Translations under genes and position numbers: made by a program
Notes under the pieces: model-generated
Database searches by the model: none
What the model saw: only the letters and a program-made list of their open reading frames with translations
Told to the model about the DNA's origin: nothing
Shown: positions 18,741 through 29,584 of the stretch, in pieces
How positions within the stretch are numbered: the first letter of the stretch is position 1
Layout: each line of letters opens with the position of its first letter
Assembly: GCA_035477615.1 (NCBI GenBank)
Contig: DATIKJ010000051.1
Location: 1,009-65,008, forward strand
Reading direction: 5' to 3'
Length of the DNA stretch: 64,000 bases
Source of the DNA: Spirochaetia bacterium
GTDB lineage: Bacteria; Patescibacteriota; Microgenomatia; UBA1400; MFAQ01

Positions 18741-19580
18741 ACAATTTTGACAAAAGAATGTTCCTCGTCCCCCTATCTTCATTTTTTTGAAGATTCCACC
18801 ACACTTCCTACACTTCTGTCCATCTTTCTTATAAACCAAGAAATGATCTTGATATGTACCACCCAAACCATTTGTATCTACATAGTTGGCTGCACTTGCT
18901 CCACCATATTTAAGACCTTTGCTTATGACTTCCCTTATTGAAGCCAGCAAATTTATCACTTCTTGATGGCTCAAACTACTTGCTTTCCGATTTGGCATCA
19001 CTTTAGCCAAGTAAAGAGCATCATTAGCATAAATATTTCCTACTCCTCCAATTTTTTCTTGATCCATTAACACCAGTTTTACCGCTTTTCCTGATTTGCT
19101 TAATACCTTTGTAACATACTCCAAAGAAAATTCTTTTTCTGTCACATCTGGTGCTGTTTTCCTAATTTCTTTTTCATATTTTTTCTTTTCGACCATTCTC
19201 ATCCACCCAAACACTCTCATGTCATTAAAAAATAACTTCGAACCGTCAGTAAAATCTATTACCACCCTGGTATGTTTACTTGGCAAATCCTTAACCCAAT
19301 CCGCTGTTGGATGACCGCCCACAACTCGTCTTTCTTTATCCACAAACACCAACTGTCCTGTCATCTTTAGATGGACAATCACTATCTTCTCCTTGCCTTT
19401 GAAATAAATCTCAATTATTTTAGATTTTCTATCAATCTTTTCCACCTCCCCCCCAATCAATTCTTTTGCCTCACCTCCAAAACTTTTTTCTCGAAGCACC
19501 TCAACCCTATCTAATATCTTTCCAACCAACACCTCATTAAGCTGTCGCCTAATTGTCTCTACTTCTGGTAACTCAGGCAT
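18732..19580 (-). CDS. mutM: Formamidopyrimidine-DNA glycosylase
   Basis: MPELPEVET, HLKMTG, GVGNIYA, C-terminal zinc finger. Confidence 0.96.
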   Translation of the reverse strand: MPELPEVETIRRQLNEVLVGKILDRVEVLREKSFGGEAKELIGGEVEKIDRKSKIIEIYFKGKEKIVIVHLKMTGQLVFVDKERRVVGGHPTADWVKDLPSKHTRVVIDFTDGSKLFFNDMRVFGWMRMVEKKKYEKEIRKTAPDVTEKEFSLEYVTKVLSKSGKAVKLVLMDQEKIGGVGNIYANDALYLAKVMPNRKASSLSHQEVINLLASIREVISKGLKYGGASAANYVDTNGLGGTYQDHFLVYKKDGQKCRKCGGIFKKMKIGGRGTFFCQNCQI

Positions 19581-20676
19581 TTACTTTAGCAACTTCATTT
19601 CGAATATTTTTCACAAATTTTTCTTTTGAAAACATTCTCGCTCTATTAACTAGTTTTTCCCTGCTCCATTTGATTTTTTCAAATCTTTTCATCGCCATTT
19701 CCAATGTCTTCACATCAGTACCATCAACAAATACTCCTGTCTCTCCATCAACTACCGACTCTTTAAAACCACCCCCATTAAAAGCTATCACCGGTGTCCC
19801 CGATGCCATTGACTCTACAACTGTCATTCCAAAATCCTCCTCCTTTGCCAAAGCAATAAAACCTTTAGCCTGTGCATATAACATTTTTAATACACTATCC
19901 TCAACCCTACCTAATATCTCCACCCCAGCAATTTTTCTTAACTGTTTTTCAACTTGAGAAAAACCAACCGCCTCTCCCACAATCTTCAAAGAAAATCCCA
20001 AATGGTGTGCTGCTTTGGCTGCTTCCACAATTCCCTTCGCTCCCACCAACCGAGATACTATCAAAAAATAATCCTCTTTTTTTACTGCCTTGCTTGACTT
20101 GATCATTTTTTCTACCTCCACTGGAGGATAAACCACTGTTGATTCCTTCCGATAGTACTTCCACACTCTCTGCTGCACATTTTTTGAATTCACTAACCAC
20201 TTATCTATCATCTCAGAAGACCACAAATCAAAAATTCTTAGATAATGATTTACCACTGTTGCGTACACTCGCACTATCCAGTACTTCATCAGGTTCACAC
20301 TCATTTCATATCCATACAAAAACCTTGGTGGTGTATGACAGTAAGCCACCACTTTTGTCTTAGGAGATACCTTAAAACCACGAGCAAAATACGAAGAGCA
20401 TGAAGTAATCACCAAGTCATAGGAAGATAGGTCTAGCGATCTCCAAATTAACGGTACCAAAAATCTCAAGGGGCTATAAAAGTTTCCTCTTTTAATCAGC
20501 CAGCCATACTTACTCTCAATTATCTTTCTATCTGAAAACTTTTTATCACAACTTGATCCTTTTACTCTAAAAGCTGTATATATTGGCGCTTCAGGATACA
20601 TATCAGCCAGTACCCGTAGTACTCTTTCGGCTCCCCCAAACTCTTTTATAAAGTCATGTACTAAAGCAATTTTCAT
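19573..20676 (-). CDS. Glycosyltransferase family 4
   Basis: MKIALVHD....GGAE, EDFGMTVVE; ATGA overlap with the upstream gene. Confidence 0.9.
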   Translation of the reverse strand: MKIALVHDFIKEFGGAERVLRVLADMYPEAPIYTAFRVKGSSCDKKFSDRKIIESKYGWLIKRGNFYSPLRFLVPLIWRSLDLSSYDLVITSCSSYFARGFKVSPKTKVVAYCHTPPRFLYGYEMSVNLMKYWIVRVYATVVNHYLRIFDLWSSEMIDKWLVNSKNVQQRVWKYYRKESTVVYPPVEVEKMIKSSKAVKKEDYFLIVSRLVGAKGIVEAAKAAHHLGFSLKIVGEAVGFSQVEKQLRKIAGVEILGRVEDSVLKMLYAQAKGFIALAKEEDFGMTVVESMASGTPVIAFNGGGFKESVVDGETGVFVDGTDVKTLEMAMKRFEKIKWSREKLVNRARMFSKEKFVKNIRNEVAKVNA

Positions 20677-21590
20677 AAAAATATTTCTTCTGTTTCCTTT
20701 TCCCAAGAATCCTTAGGTAATCGAGAAAGCAAACTATTAAAACTCAATTCCTTAAATAACTCAGTCGCTTTATTCTTATCATAATTTGTCAACAAACAAT
20801 CCTCCCAATCAATTTTCAAAGGCACTTCTTTATAAATCTCAGCCAATTTGTAGCTTTGATTTGCCATTTCTCTTTCAGCCAAAAGCATCTCTCTTGTTCT
20901 CTTACTAATTTTGTCACTATCAATATTTTTAAAAATGTTTTCCAAACTACCAAAGTCCATTATTAGTTTTGTCGCTGTTACTTTTCCAATTCCTTTAACT
21001 CCGGGAATATTATCCGAAGAATCTCCCATCAAACTTTTTAAATCCACAATACACTTTGGTTTAAAACCATAAGTCTCAACTACCTTCTCCTCATCAAACA
21101 CCACTGCCTGTGCCGCTCTATTTTGTAAAGGTAAATAGACCACAATTTTTTTCTCTTTAATCAATTGAAGTGCATCTCTATCTGCCGTTACAATCACCAC
21201 CTGAGTATCCTTTTCTTTTTTTTCATCAGTTGCTTGTCTTGCCAAGGTACCAATAACATCGTCCCCTTCATATCCTTCAATTCCAAACTGCGGAATATTC
21301 AAAACCGATACCACCTCTTTAGTTCTTTCAATTTGTGTCGCCAAGTCATCATCCATCGGCCCACGATTGGCTTTGTACTCTGCGAACTCTGCTTTTCTAA
21401 ATGTCGGTCCTTTTACATCCCAAGCCACCGCTACATGTGTCGGTCCAAGCTTTTCTAAAATGGTCAGCAGCATTGAAGAAAAACCATAGACGGCATTTAT
21501 TAGTTCACCCTTTGCTGTCGTTAAAGGCGGAAAGGCATGATAGGCTCGATGCAAAAGCGAGTTGCCATCAATTAATATCAGTTTCCTCAT
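20673..21590 (-). CDS. Stand-alone 5'-3' exonuclease (PolA N-terminal domain only)
   Basis: LIDG.SL..RAY, YKANR, EGDDVI, GD.SDNIPGV.GIG; stops after 305 aa. Confidence 0.9.
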   Translation of the reverse strand: MRKLILIDGNSLLHRAYHAFPPLTTAKGELINAVYGFSSMLLTILEKLGPTHVAVAWDVKGPTFRKAEFAEYKANRGPMDDDLATQIERTKEVVSVLNIPQFGIEGYEGDDVIGTLARQATDEKKEKDTQVVIVTADRDALQLIKEKKIVVYLPLQNRAAQAVVFDEEKVVETYGFKPKCIVDLKSLMGDSSDNIPGVKGIGKVTATKLIMDFGSLENIFKNIDSDKISKRTREMLLAEREMANQSYKLAEIYKEVPLKIDWEDCLLTNYDKNKATELFKELSFNSLLSRLPKDSWEKETEEIFL

Positions 21591-23455
21591 TTTTTTAACT
21601 TAAAAACAGCTTTTGGTTTACCCACCAACGTCTCAAACTCTTCTTGTTCCAAGGTCTCAATTTTCATTAGCTTAGCTACCACTTTATCCAAAGCCTTGCG
21701 GTTGGCATTTAAGACCTTCTCTGCTGTCTTCAAACCCTCATCCACAAGCTTCTTAATCTCAAAGTCGACTTTAGCCTGAGTAGACTCAGATAATCGAACA
21801 GACGAATCTCCATAGGAAAATCCCCAGCTATTTGTCTCTGCCATCTGCCCCATAGCTACCGGACCTAAATCACTCATTCCAAAATCAACTACCATGCGTC
21901 TTGCAAGCATCGTGGCTCTCTCAATATCGCTAGCCGCCCCAGCTGTCAGTTCATTGAATATCATTTGTTCAGCCGCTCTACCTCCCAAAGACATCGCAAT
22001 TTCATCCTTAAGTTCAGTTCTTGTTTGCTGATACTTATCTGTCTTTGGTCTACTCATAGTAAATCCCAAAGCCATTCCTCGAGAAACAATCGAAAGTCGA
22101 TGTATTGGATCGGTTCCTGGCAAAAGATGGCCGACAAGTGCATGACCTGCTTCATGATATGCCGTCATTTTTCTCTCAAGCTCAGACTGCAGTCTTCTGC
22201 GTTCTGGTCCCATCTTAACCTTCATAGCTGCTTCTTCAATATCCACCATCCAAATTTCTTTTCTGTCGTCCCTAGCCGCTAGTATGGCCGCCTCATTTAG
22301 CATGTTTTCCAAGTCTGCTCCAGAAAACCCCACGGTTCTCTCTGCCACTTTATCCCAATTCAGTTTTTTTGCAAAGGGTTTTCCTTTTTTATGAATCTCA
22401 ATTACAGATTTTCTTCCAGCGATATCAGGTAAATCCAAGTTCACTCTTCGATCAAAACGGCCAGGTCTTATTAAAGCAGGATCCAAAACATCTGGTCTAT
22501 TAGTAGCCGCCATCACAATCACGTTATCTGTCTGGGTAAAACCATCCATCTCTACTAAAATTTGATTTAAAGTTTGTTCACGTTCATCATGTCCTCCCAT
22601 TCCGCCACCCACACCACGAGTCCTACCAATAGCATCAACCTCATCTATAAAAATAATTGCAGGAGAAGCTTTTTTGGCCGTATCAAACAAGTCTCTTACA
22701 CGACTAGCACCAACCCCTACCAGCATTTCCATAAACTCAGATCCAGCCATTGAAAAGAAGGGTACTCCTGCTTCACCAGCCACTGCCCTTGCCATTAATG
22801 TTTTTCCTACGCCGGATGGTCCTGTCAAAAGTACACCTTTGGGAGTTCTTGCCCCCAAGTCTCGATATTTTTTCGGATTCTTCAAGAAATCAACTACTTC
22901 TTCCAACTCTTTTTTTGCTTCATCAACACCAGCCACATCTTTAAATTTAATGTTCTGTTTGCCTTTGGAAAATAATTTCGCCTTACTCTTTCCAATTCCA
23001 AACACATCTCCACCCCCACCTTGCCTGCGCATCAAGAAAAACATCAAAAATCCAAAACCCAGTATTGGCAAAACCAATGATAAGATACTCCAAAACGCTT
23101 TTGAAAAATCTTGTGAAGATACTGTTACTTTTACTTTTCCCTCATCAACTCCAGCTTTTTGCAACTGATCCATAAAACTGGATCCCTCTTCTTTTCTTGA
23201 TACTCCAATAATCTGTTTTCCTTCATCATCTTTTGGATATATCAAAATCAACTCATCTCCTTTAATATCTACCGACTCAACTTTTCCTTGTTTTATCTCG
23301 TCTATGGCCGAGGATAAAGGCATCTCTACCATAGCCCCGGTAGATCCCAAGAGGAACTTAACAATATAAGGTACAAACAAAAACAAAATCAAAAACCATA
23401 CCAATAATCTCCGTAAATTAAAATTCAATTTAAACTCTACTTTTTTTTGTTCCAT
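21587..23455 (-). CDS. ftsH: ATP-dependent zinc metalloprotease FtsH
   Basis: Two TMs, [20 protein letters not shown]. Confidence 0.97.
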   Translation of the reverse strand: MEQKKVEFKLNFNLRRLLVWFLILFLFVPYIVKFLLGSTGAMVEMPLSSAIDEIKQGKVESVDIKGDELILIYPKDDEGKQIIGVSRKEEGSSFMDQLQKAGVDEGKVKVTVSSQDFSKAFWSILSLVLPILGFGFLMFFLMRRQGGGGDVFGIGKSKAKLFSKGKQNIKFKDVAGVDEAKKELEEVVDFLKNPKKYRDLGARTPKGVLLTGPSGVGKTLMARAVAGEAGVPFFSMAGSEFMEMLVGVGASRVRDLFDTAKKASPAIIFIDEVDAIGRTRGVGGGMGGHDEREQTLNQILVEMDGFTQTDNVIVMAATNRPDVLDPALIRPGRFDRRVNLDLPDIAGRKSVIEIHKKGKPFAKKLNWDKVAERTVGFSGADLENMLNEAAILAARDDRKEIWMVDIEEAAMKVKMGPERRRLQSELERKMTAYHEAGHALVGHLLPGTDPIHRLSIVSRGMALGFTMSRPKTDKYQQTRTELKDEIAMSLGGRAAEQMIFNELTAGAASDIERATMLARRMVVDFGMSDLGPVAMGQMAETNSWGFSYGDSSVRLSESTQAKVDFEIKKLVDEGLKTAEKVLNANRKALDKVVAKLMKIETLEQEEFETLVGKPKAVFKLKK

Positions 23456-23470
23456 ATTTATTTTGTCTAA

Positions 23471-23806
23471 CTATCTTATCACCGTACCGAGAACAGTTGC
23501 CTCATCCAAAAATATCAATTTGGGTCCGTCCGTTCCATCCGCCATAATTGCCATTCCCTGACTCACTTCATCACCCATTTTTTTGGGCTCCATATTCACA
23601 ATTACTGGCATAATTTTCCCTACCATATCTTCAGGGGCATACCATTTTCTGATTCCGCTAAAAAGCACTCGTTTCCCCAGCTCCTCACCCAAATCCATTT
23701 CATAACGAATCAATTTCTCACTCCACTCAGGCGCCGAGGCCGCCACTACTTTCCCAGCTCTAATATCCAGTTTTTCAAAATCGGTATAGTTGATTAAATC
23801 CTTCAT
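23471..23806 (-). CDS. tRNA-binding OB-fold protein (CsaA/Trbp111/MetRS C-terminus-like)
   Basis: DFEKLDIRAGKV, NMEPKKMG..SQGM. Confidence 0.85.
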   Translation of the reverse strand: MKDLINYTDFEKLDIRAGKVVAASAPEWSEKLIRYEMDLGEELGKRVLFSGIRKWYAPEDMVGKIMPVIVNMEPKKMGDEVSQGMAIMADGTDGPKLIFLDEATVLGTVIR

Positions 23807-23810
23807 TCAA

Positions 23811-24902
<1,092 letters not shown>

Positions 24903-25007
24903 AGACTACCAGTATTATATCTTAATCACTATCAAATTGGGCACGGAAATCACCAAAAAAGTTGTTAATTAGGCTCGATCGTGCTAAAATACCCATGTTC
25001 GTTAATT

Positions 25008-25080
25008 TGCGGGTGGAAGGTAAGTATCTTGCGAGGCTCATAATCTCGCTTAACTAGGGGGCGGAACCCTAGACCCGCAA
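25008..25080 (+). tRNA. Atypical initiator-like tRNA (CAU)
   Basis: UGCGGGU/ACCCGCA acceptor, A11-U24, CGAGG/UCUCG stem, loop CU-CAU-AA; D- and T-loops non-canonical; TGcTAAAAT promoter at 24982-24990. Confidence 0.75.
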
Positions 25081-25458
25081 CTATTTTAGAAGTGCCCACC
25101 ACTTCTGCCAATTGTCTACCTGTTTTTCTTCAATTTTAGCTTCATTTGTGCCTAACAGGTTGCCTTTTGGTAGTACAGCCACTACTTCTCCTACTTTCTG
25201 CATATTCAACTGTTCTCTGATGATCTTTTCCTTGAATTCCTCGGTCATCACTGTACTCAGCTTATCCTTTAACATTTGATTTTTTGCCTCTTCTTCCGCC
25301 AATCTGACTTTTGATTCCTCAATCCGACTATACCCCTTTTTAATCTGCCAAAGATCTTTAGCTAGCGAAAAAATAAGTATCCAGGCAACAACCAAAATTA
25401 TGGCCTTAATCCAATCTTTTTTGTGTTCTTTTCTGTTTTCTCTATTTAGGGCTTGCAT
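25081..25458 (-). CDS. Septum formation initiator (FtsB/DivIC-like)
   Basis: TM helix, coiled coil, EKIIREQLNM.K.GE; start uncertain. Confidence 0.75.
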   Translation of the reverse strand: MQALNRENRKEHKKDWIKAIILVVAWILIFSLAKDLWQIKKGYSRIEESKVRLAEEEAKNQMLKDKLSTVMTEEFKEKIIREQLNMQKVGEVVAVLPKGNLLGTNEAKIEEKQVDNWQKWWALLK

Positions 25459-25511
25459 TTTAAGAACCTAGAGTGTTATAATAAGTGCCATAATAAAATC
25501 TGTACCCAATT

Positions 25512-26387
25512 ATGGAACAAATTGACCAAAACATCAAACAAGCTATTACTGCTTTTAAAGCCTTCCTGGCTTCCCAAGGCAGGGCTTCTGCTACTATTTT
25601 AGCCTACTCAAAAGATATTGAGCAATTGGCTACTTTCGTCGCCAAGTCTAACAAAGCTAACCTCTCCGAAGTAACCAAGGAAGACATTGATGCCTTCAAA
25701 GACAGTCTTTCTGAACAAAACTACACCACCAAATCCATCTCCAGAAAGATCAACTCAATCAAGTCCTTCTTTGCCTATGTTTTGGCCAATGGTGCTATTT
25801 CTGAAAATCCAGCCACAAACGTCACTCACCCCAAGTACGACATCAAACCTCCTCGTATCCTCAACAAAATTGAGTATCGTGCTCTTCGTGATGCTTGTCG
25901 TGAAGACTTAAGAATGGCTGCCATTGTTGAGCTTCTTCTTCAAACTGGTATGCGTATTTCTGAACTGGCTAACCTCAAAATCGGCGATATCGATCTTACG
26001 ATCAACCAAATCACCATTCGCGCCTACGAATCTCATCCAGAACGTGTCATTCCCCTAAACCAACCTGTTAAAGAGTCTCTTGCTCGTTATATGGAAACCC
26101 GCCCCAAGAGCGGTAATACCTTCGTTTTCATCACCAAGACTGGTAATGCTTTCTTAATCAGAAACATCCGTTCCAATCTTGACCGTTACTTCCACATTGC
26201 TGGTATTGAAAACGCCAAGGTTAATGACTTAAGACACACTTTCATCGCTCAGCAACTTACTTCTGGTAGTCCTTTGGTCTACATCAGTAAGCTCGTTGGC
26301 CACAAAAGACTTTCTACCACTGAAAAGTATCTTGAATTCATTTCTGAAAAGCCAGCGAAAGATAAGCCAAAGCTTATCGACCTTTAA
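25512..26387 (+). CDS. XerC/XerD-like tyrosine recombinase with degenerate active site
   Basis: SAM-like N-domain, TGMRISE, NDLRHTF, LVGH...TTEKY. Confidence 0.88.
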   Translation: MEQIDQNIKQAITAFKAFLASQGRASATILAYSKDIEQLATFVAKSNKANLSEVTKEDIDAFKDSLSEQNYTTKSISRKINSIKSFFAYVLANGAISENPATNVTHPKYDIKPPRILNKIEYRALRDACREDLRMAAIVELLLQTGMRISELANLKIGDIDLTINQITIRAYESHPERVIPLNQPVKESLARYMETRPKSGNTFVFITKTGNAFLIRNIRSNLDRYFHIAGIENAKVNDLRHTFIAQQLTSGSPLVYISKLVGHKRLSTTEKYLEFISEKPAKDKPKLIDL

Positions 26388-26410
26388 AAAGTCGCTTTAA
26401 TTAATTAAAG

Positions 26411-26438
26411 AAGCTAGTCTTTATTGACTAGCTTTTTT
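26411..26438 (+). terminator. Intrinsic terminator after the recombinase
   Basis: AAGCTAGTC-TTTATT-GACTAGCTT followed by TTTT. Confidence 0.65.
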
Positions 26439-26779
26439 AATGCCTGCAAAGTTGTCTGAGACAAAAATCCCAGCACCTCTCCCATCTTTTCCATCGAGCC
26501 CACAGCCAAAGCCAACCATCCTGAAGTAGACTTTCTGGTGTCTTCTACGATCAAGAAGGCATTCCGCACTCCAGAAACCTCCAGTTGTTCTCCTGTAACC
26601 TCATCCTCTACATAAATCGTCACTGGATTACCACTATTTCCCAAGTTCATATTACCTGTGATTACCATCTCTTGCGACCAAGGTGAAACAGAGGCTGTAT
26701 CGTTAAGTTCTTCGTCTGGTTGAGCAAGCCTCAGTATTTTATCGTTCTTTGTTTTAACTTTTTTTTGTTTAACTTTCAT
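26414..26779 (-). CDS. Hypothetical protein
   Basis: 121 aa ORF starting 4 nt after the tRNA-Ile discriminator base. Confidence 0.7.
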   Translation of the reverse strand: MKVKQKKVKTKNDKILRLAQPDEELNDTASVSPWSQEMVITGNMNLGNSGNPVTIYVEDEVTGEQLEVSGVRNAFLIVEDTRKSTSGWLALAVGSMEKMGEVLGFLSQTTLQALKKLVNKD

Positions 26780-26783
26780 CTAG

Positions 26784-26857
26784 TGGGCCGACCAGGATTC
26801 GAACCTGGGACATCGAAGGTATAAGCTTCGCGCTCTAACCAGCTGAGCTATCGGCCC
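26784..26857 (-). tRNA. tRNA-Ile(UAU)
   Basis: Canonical cloverleaf GGGCCGA/UCGGCCC, CGAAG/CUUCG, loop CU-UAU-AC, TTCGAAT; TGgTAGAAT promoter upstream. Confidence 0.93.
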
Positions 26858-26883
26858 AATCTGCAATATTCTACCATTTCAGG

Positions 26884-29208
26884 TTAAAGATTACTTCTTT
26901 TTTGAATTTCCTCCTCTACCTCATTCACATCTCTACCGTACTTCAATCTTGACAGTTCTTTAATCATTCTAGAAATTTCAGGGCTACCTTGGGCCTTCTC
27001 TGCCTTTAAATCACGTTCTACATTCATCGAAAAAGGAGGTACTGGTGACTCATTTATAATCGTTTTTGTATAAACAATACGCGCAGGAACATTAGTTAAA
27101 TCACTTTCATTAAAAGTTGGCTCAAACTCCTTAGTCAAAATCTGAGCATCTTGCATACCAACACGATATGTCATTAAAGTACCAACATTTCCAAATATGG
27201 CGTCACGGATATTTTCATCAAGCTGACTAATAAATTGATTGGCCAAAGTAAGTGATACATTATACTTACGCACTTCTGAAAGCATCTGAGCAAAGTCAGG
27301 AGTAGCAAAGTTCTGAAACTCATCAACATATAAATTAAATGGCGGTCTTTGTTCTACTGATACGTTTTGTCGCGATAAAGCCGCCGCCAAAATTTTTGGT
27401 ATTAAAATCAATCCAAGAAAACTGGCATCTTCTTCTCCTAAAAGACCCTTAGCCAACTTCAAGAAAACAATCTTTTTGTTATCCATCGCCTCGCGGAAAT
27501 TTAGAGTACTCTTTGATTGACCAATGATATTTCTCACCCTTTTATTAGTAACAAAGCGTCCAAACTTTGAAGAAATATAGTCTAGTGTTTCACTTTTATG
27601 AAAGTCTGAAGTCTGAGCAATCTGATCCGTCCAATAGCGTCTTACAATTTGATCCTTTACTAAAGGTAGTATTTCCTGTACATACTTTTGGTCAGTCAAC
27701 GCACGGTTTACCTCTATAAACGTCGACCCAGGGACCATCGCCACAGTCAACATAGCATTACGAACAGCATGTTCAAATCGAGCCCCAATCATGCCAGTTC
27801 TGTGTGGATCAAACAGTTTATACATAAGGTTAATAATTGAAGATGCCACCTGGTACATTTCGTCATAATTATTTACCTCGAGCATATTAAATCCAATTGG
27901 TCTATCATCATCAGTTGGATCAAAGAAAATTACATCTTCAGCTCTCTCGGGGGGAACTAATTCCATCAACTCTTCAATACCCTCACCATGAGGCTCCAAG
28001 AAACACAACCCCCTCCCTGCTCTCATGTCTTGAATAATCATCGACTTTAAAAGCTGGGTTTTACCAGTACCAGTCCTTCCAATGATATACATATGGCGCA
28101 TTCTGTCTCGATCACCCATATATATATTCCTCTCCTGACCACGATACATCGATCTACCAAGCCACAATCCGTTATCGGGAAAACCTCCTGTCGCTGGAGC
28201 TGCCTTGGCTGTCAACCAATATATATGTGGAGTATCGATAGTCTTATTTGGTAAATGCCAAATAGTAGCCAGCTCATCGGTTGATAATACCGAGTTATTC
28301 CCCCACATGTTTTGATAACGATACAAAAAATCCACCATAAACATTTGTTTCAACCGAATATTTCTACTCGAAAAACTATTCTGACTTCCAGCAAACTGTG
28401 AAAATGTTCCCTTTAAATTTGAAAGATTGGCCTTCGCCATTCCTTCATTTGGAGCTACACTGATTATCCTTATACTCGTCAAAAATCCTACCTTACTACA
28501 TTTATTAGTGATTGCCTCCATCTCTTGTGGATTCATCTTAAACTTCGCCTTCTCTGGATTTGCCTCATCTTTCTTCAAACGAGCCACATAACCTTCACCC
28601 GACTTACTCCAAGAAGACTCTGCTGGTGAAATAATTATCTGAATTGCCGCCGCCTCATTATCTCCAAACTTCGCCAGTGAAGCCGTAATTGCTGCCAAAG
28701 AATCAACTGGTAGCTCTTTGTATGACTTGATTGGTTTAAAACTTGGGTTCTTCAAAGCCAACTCTGTAAAGGCCACTGCCGCATCTTTATAAAAAATATT
28801 GTACTCATCAACTTGTTTAACTTGTGCCCCAGAATACGTCCCTGCAATCAGTTTTTCCACCAACTCCACATTATCTCTGTGGCACGACACATAAAATCGA
28901 ATATCTTCTTTTTTACCCACAATCTCGAGGGACAGATGTTGTTGTGATTTATATTTCTGCCAAAAACCACCTTTTTTAATCGAAAACAAAGAAGAAAACA
29001 TCTGTTCTACTGCGTCAACCTTAACTTCATTATCCTTCGGTACCGCAATCTCCATCAGTACAAAATTCATACTCACCGTTTCTCTATTTCTGTGTCTAAG
29101 CCACAAAACAAACATCATCCAACAAAAAATTAGTGCACCAATGACCACAATCAGTCCTAAAATAATTACTGCTGTGTACTGAATCCAATAACTGTAGTTA
29201 TTGATCAT
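26884..29208 (-). CDS. VirB4/TraG/HerA-like ATPase with N-terminal TM
   Basis: RHMYIIGRTGTGKT Walker A, LYVDEFQNF Walker B, SEVRKY. Confidence 0.88.
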   Translation of the reverse strand: MINNYSYWIQYTAVIILGLIVVIGALIFCWMMFVLWLRHRNRETVSMNFVLMEIAVPKDNEVKVDAVEQMFSSLFSIKKGGFWQKYKSQQHLSLEIVGKKEDIRFYVSCHRDNVELVEKLIAGTYSGAQVKQVDEYNIFYKDAAVAFTELALKNPSFKPIKSYKELPVDSLAAITASLAKFGDNEAAAIQIIISPAESSWSKSGEGYVARLKKDEANPEKAKFKMNPQEMEAITNKCSKVGFLTSIRIISVAPNEGMAKANLSNLKGTFSQFAGSQNSFSSRNIRLKQMFMVDFLYRYQNMWGNNSVLSTDELATIWHLPNKTIDTPHIYWLTAKAAPATGGFPDNGLWLGRSMYRGQERNIYMGDRDRMRHMYIIGRTGTGKTQLLKSMIIQDMRAGRGLCFLEPHGEGIEELMELVPPERAEDVIFFDPTDDDRPIGFNMLEVNNYDEMYQVASSIINLMYKLFDPHRTGMIGARFEHAVRNAMLTVAMVPGSTFIEVNRALTDQKYVQEILPLVKDQIVRRYWTDQIAQTSDFHKSETLDYISSKFGRFVTNKRVRNIIGQSKSTLNFREAMDNKKIVFLKLAKGLLGEEDASFLGLILIPKILAAALSRQNVSVEQRPPFNLYVDEFQNFATPDFAQMLSEVRKYNVSLTLANQFISQLDENIRDAIFGNVGTLMTYRVGMQDAQILTKEFEPTFNESDLTNVPARIVYTKTIINESPVPPFSMNVERDLKAEKAQGSPEISRMIKELSRLKYGRDVNEVEEEIQKRSNL

Positions 29209-29570
29209 TTTGTTTCAGAAGGAAGATAAAACACTCTCCCTGGGTATTTTTTAATCATCATCACACACCACTCCGAAAGCCAACGCACACTTTCCCACAC
29301 TCCCTTATGCAACCCATCAACTACTTCTTGCTTATCCAGTGGCAACACAATACTTGGTTTCGTTTGTATCGCAAACTGCGCTGACACTATTTTTCCCATA
29401 TCTCCAACCTGATTATCAGTAGGTGGTTTTGTTTGTTGAGATTGTGTATTGGCTGGCTGTTGTGTTTCAACTTGCTTTTCCACCTTTTCCACGTAACTTA
29501 CCTGCTCAACAGGTTGAGTTATTCCTTCAGGTATAAGTGGATGTTCAATTTCCTTACCTACGGCAGGCAT
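29205..29570 (-). CDS. Hypothetical protein
   Basis: Low-complexity N-terminus, ESVRWLSEWC C-terminal motif; ATGA-coupled to the ATPase. Confidence 0.7.
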   Translation of the reverse strand: MPAVGKEIEHPLIPEGITQPVEQVSYVEKVEKQVETQQPANTQSQQTKPPTDNQVGDMGKIVSAQFAIQTKPSIVLPLDKQEVVDGLHKGVWESVRWLSEWCVMMIKKYPGRVFYLPSETK

Positions 29571-29584
29571 ACTTCTACTATACC

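Noticed and set aside
25008-29570. Integrative conjugative element (tRNA, recombinase, VirB4-like ATPase)
   Set aside because: No att duplication, relaxase or other T4SS genes; interleaved with ftsB-like and tRNA genes; stand-alone VirB4-like ATPases are common in CPR
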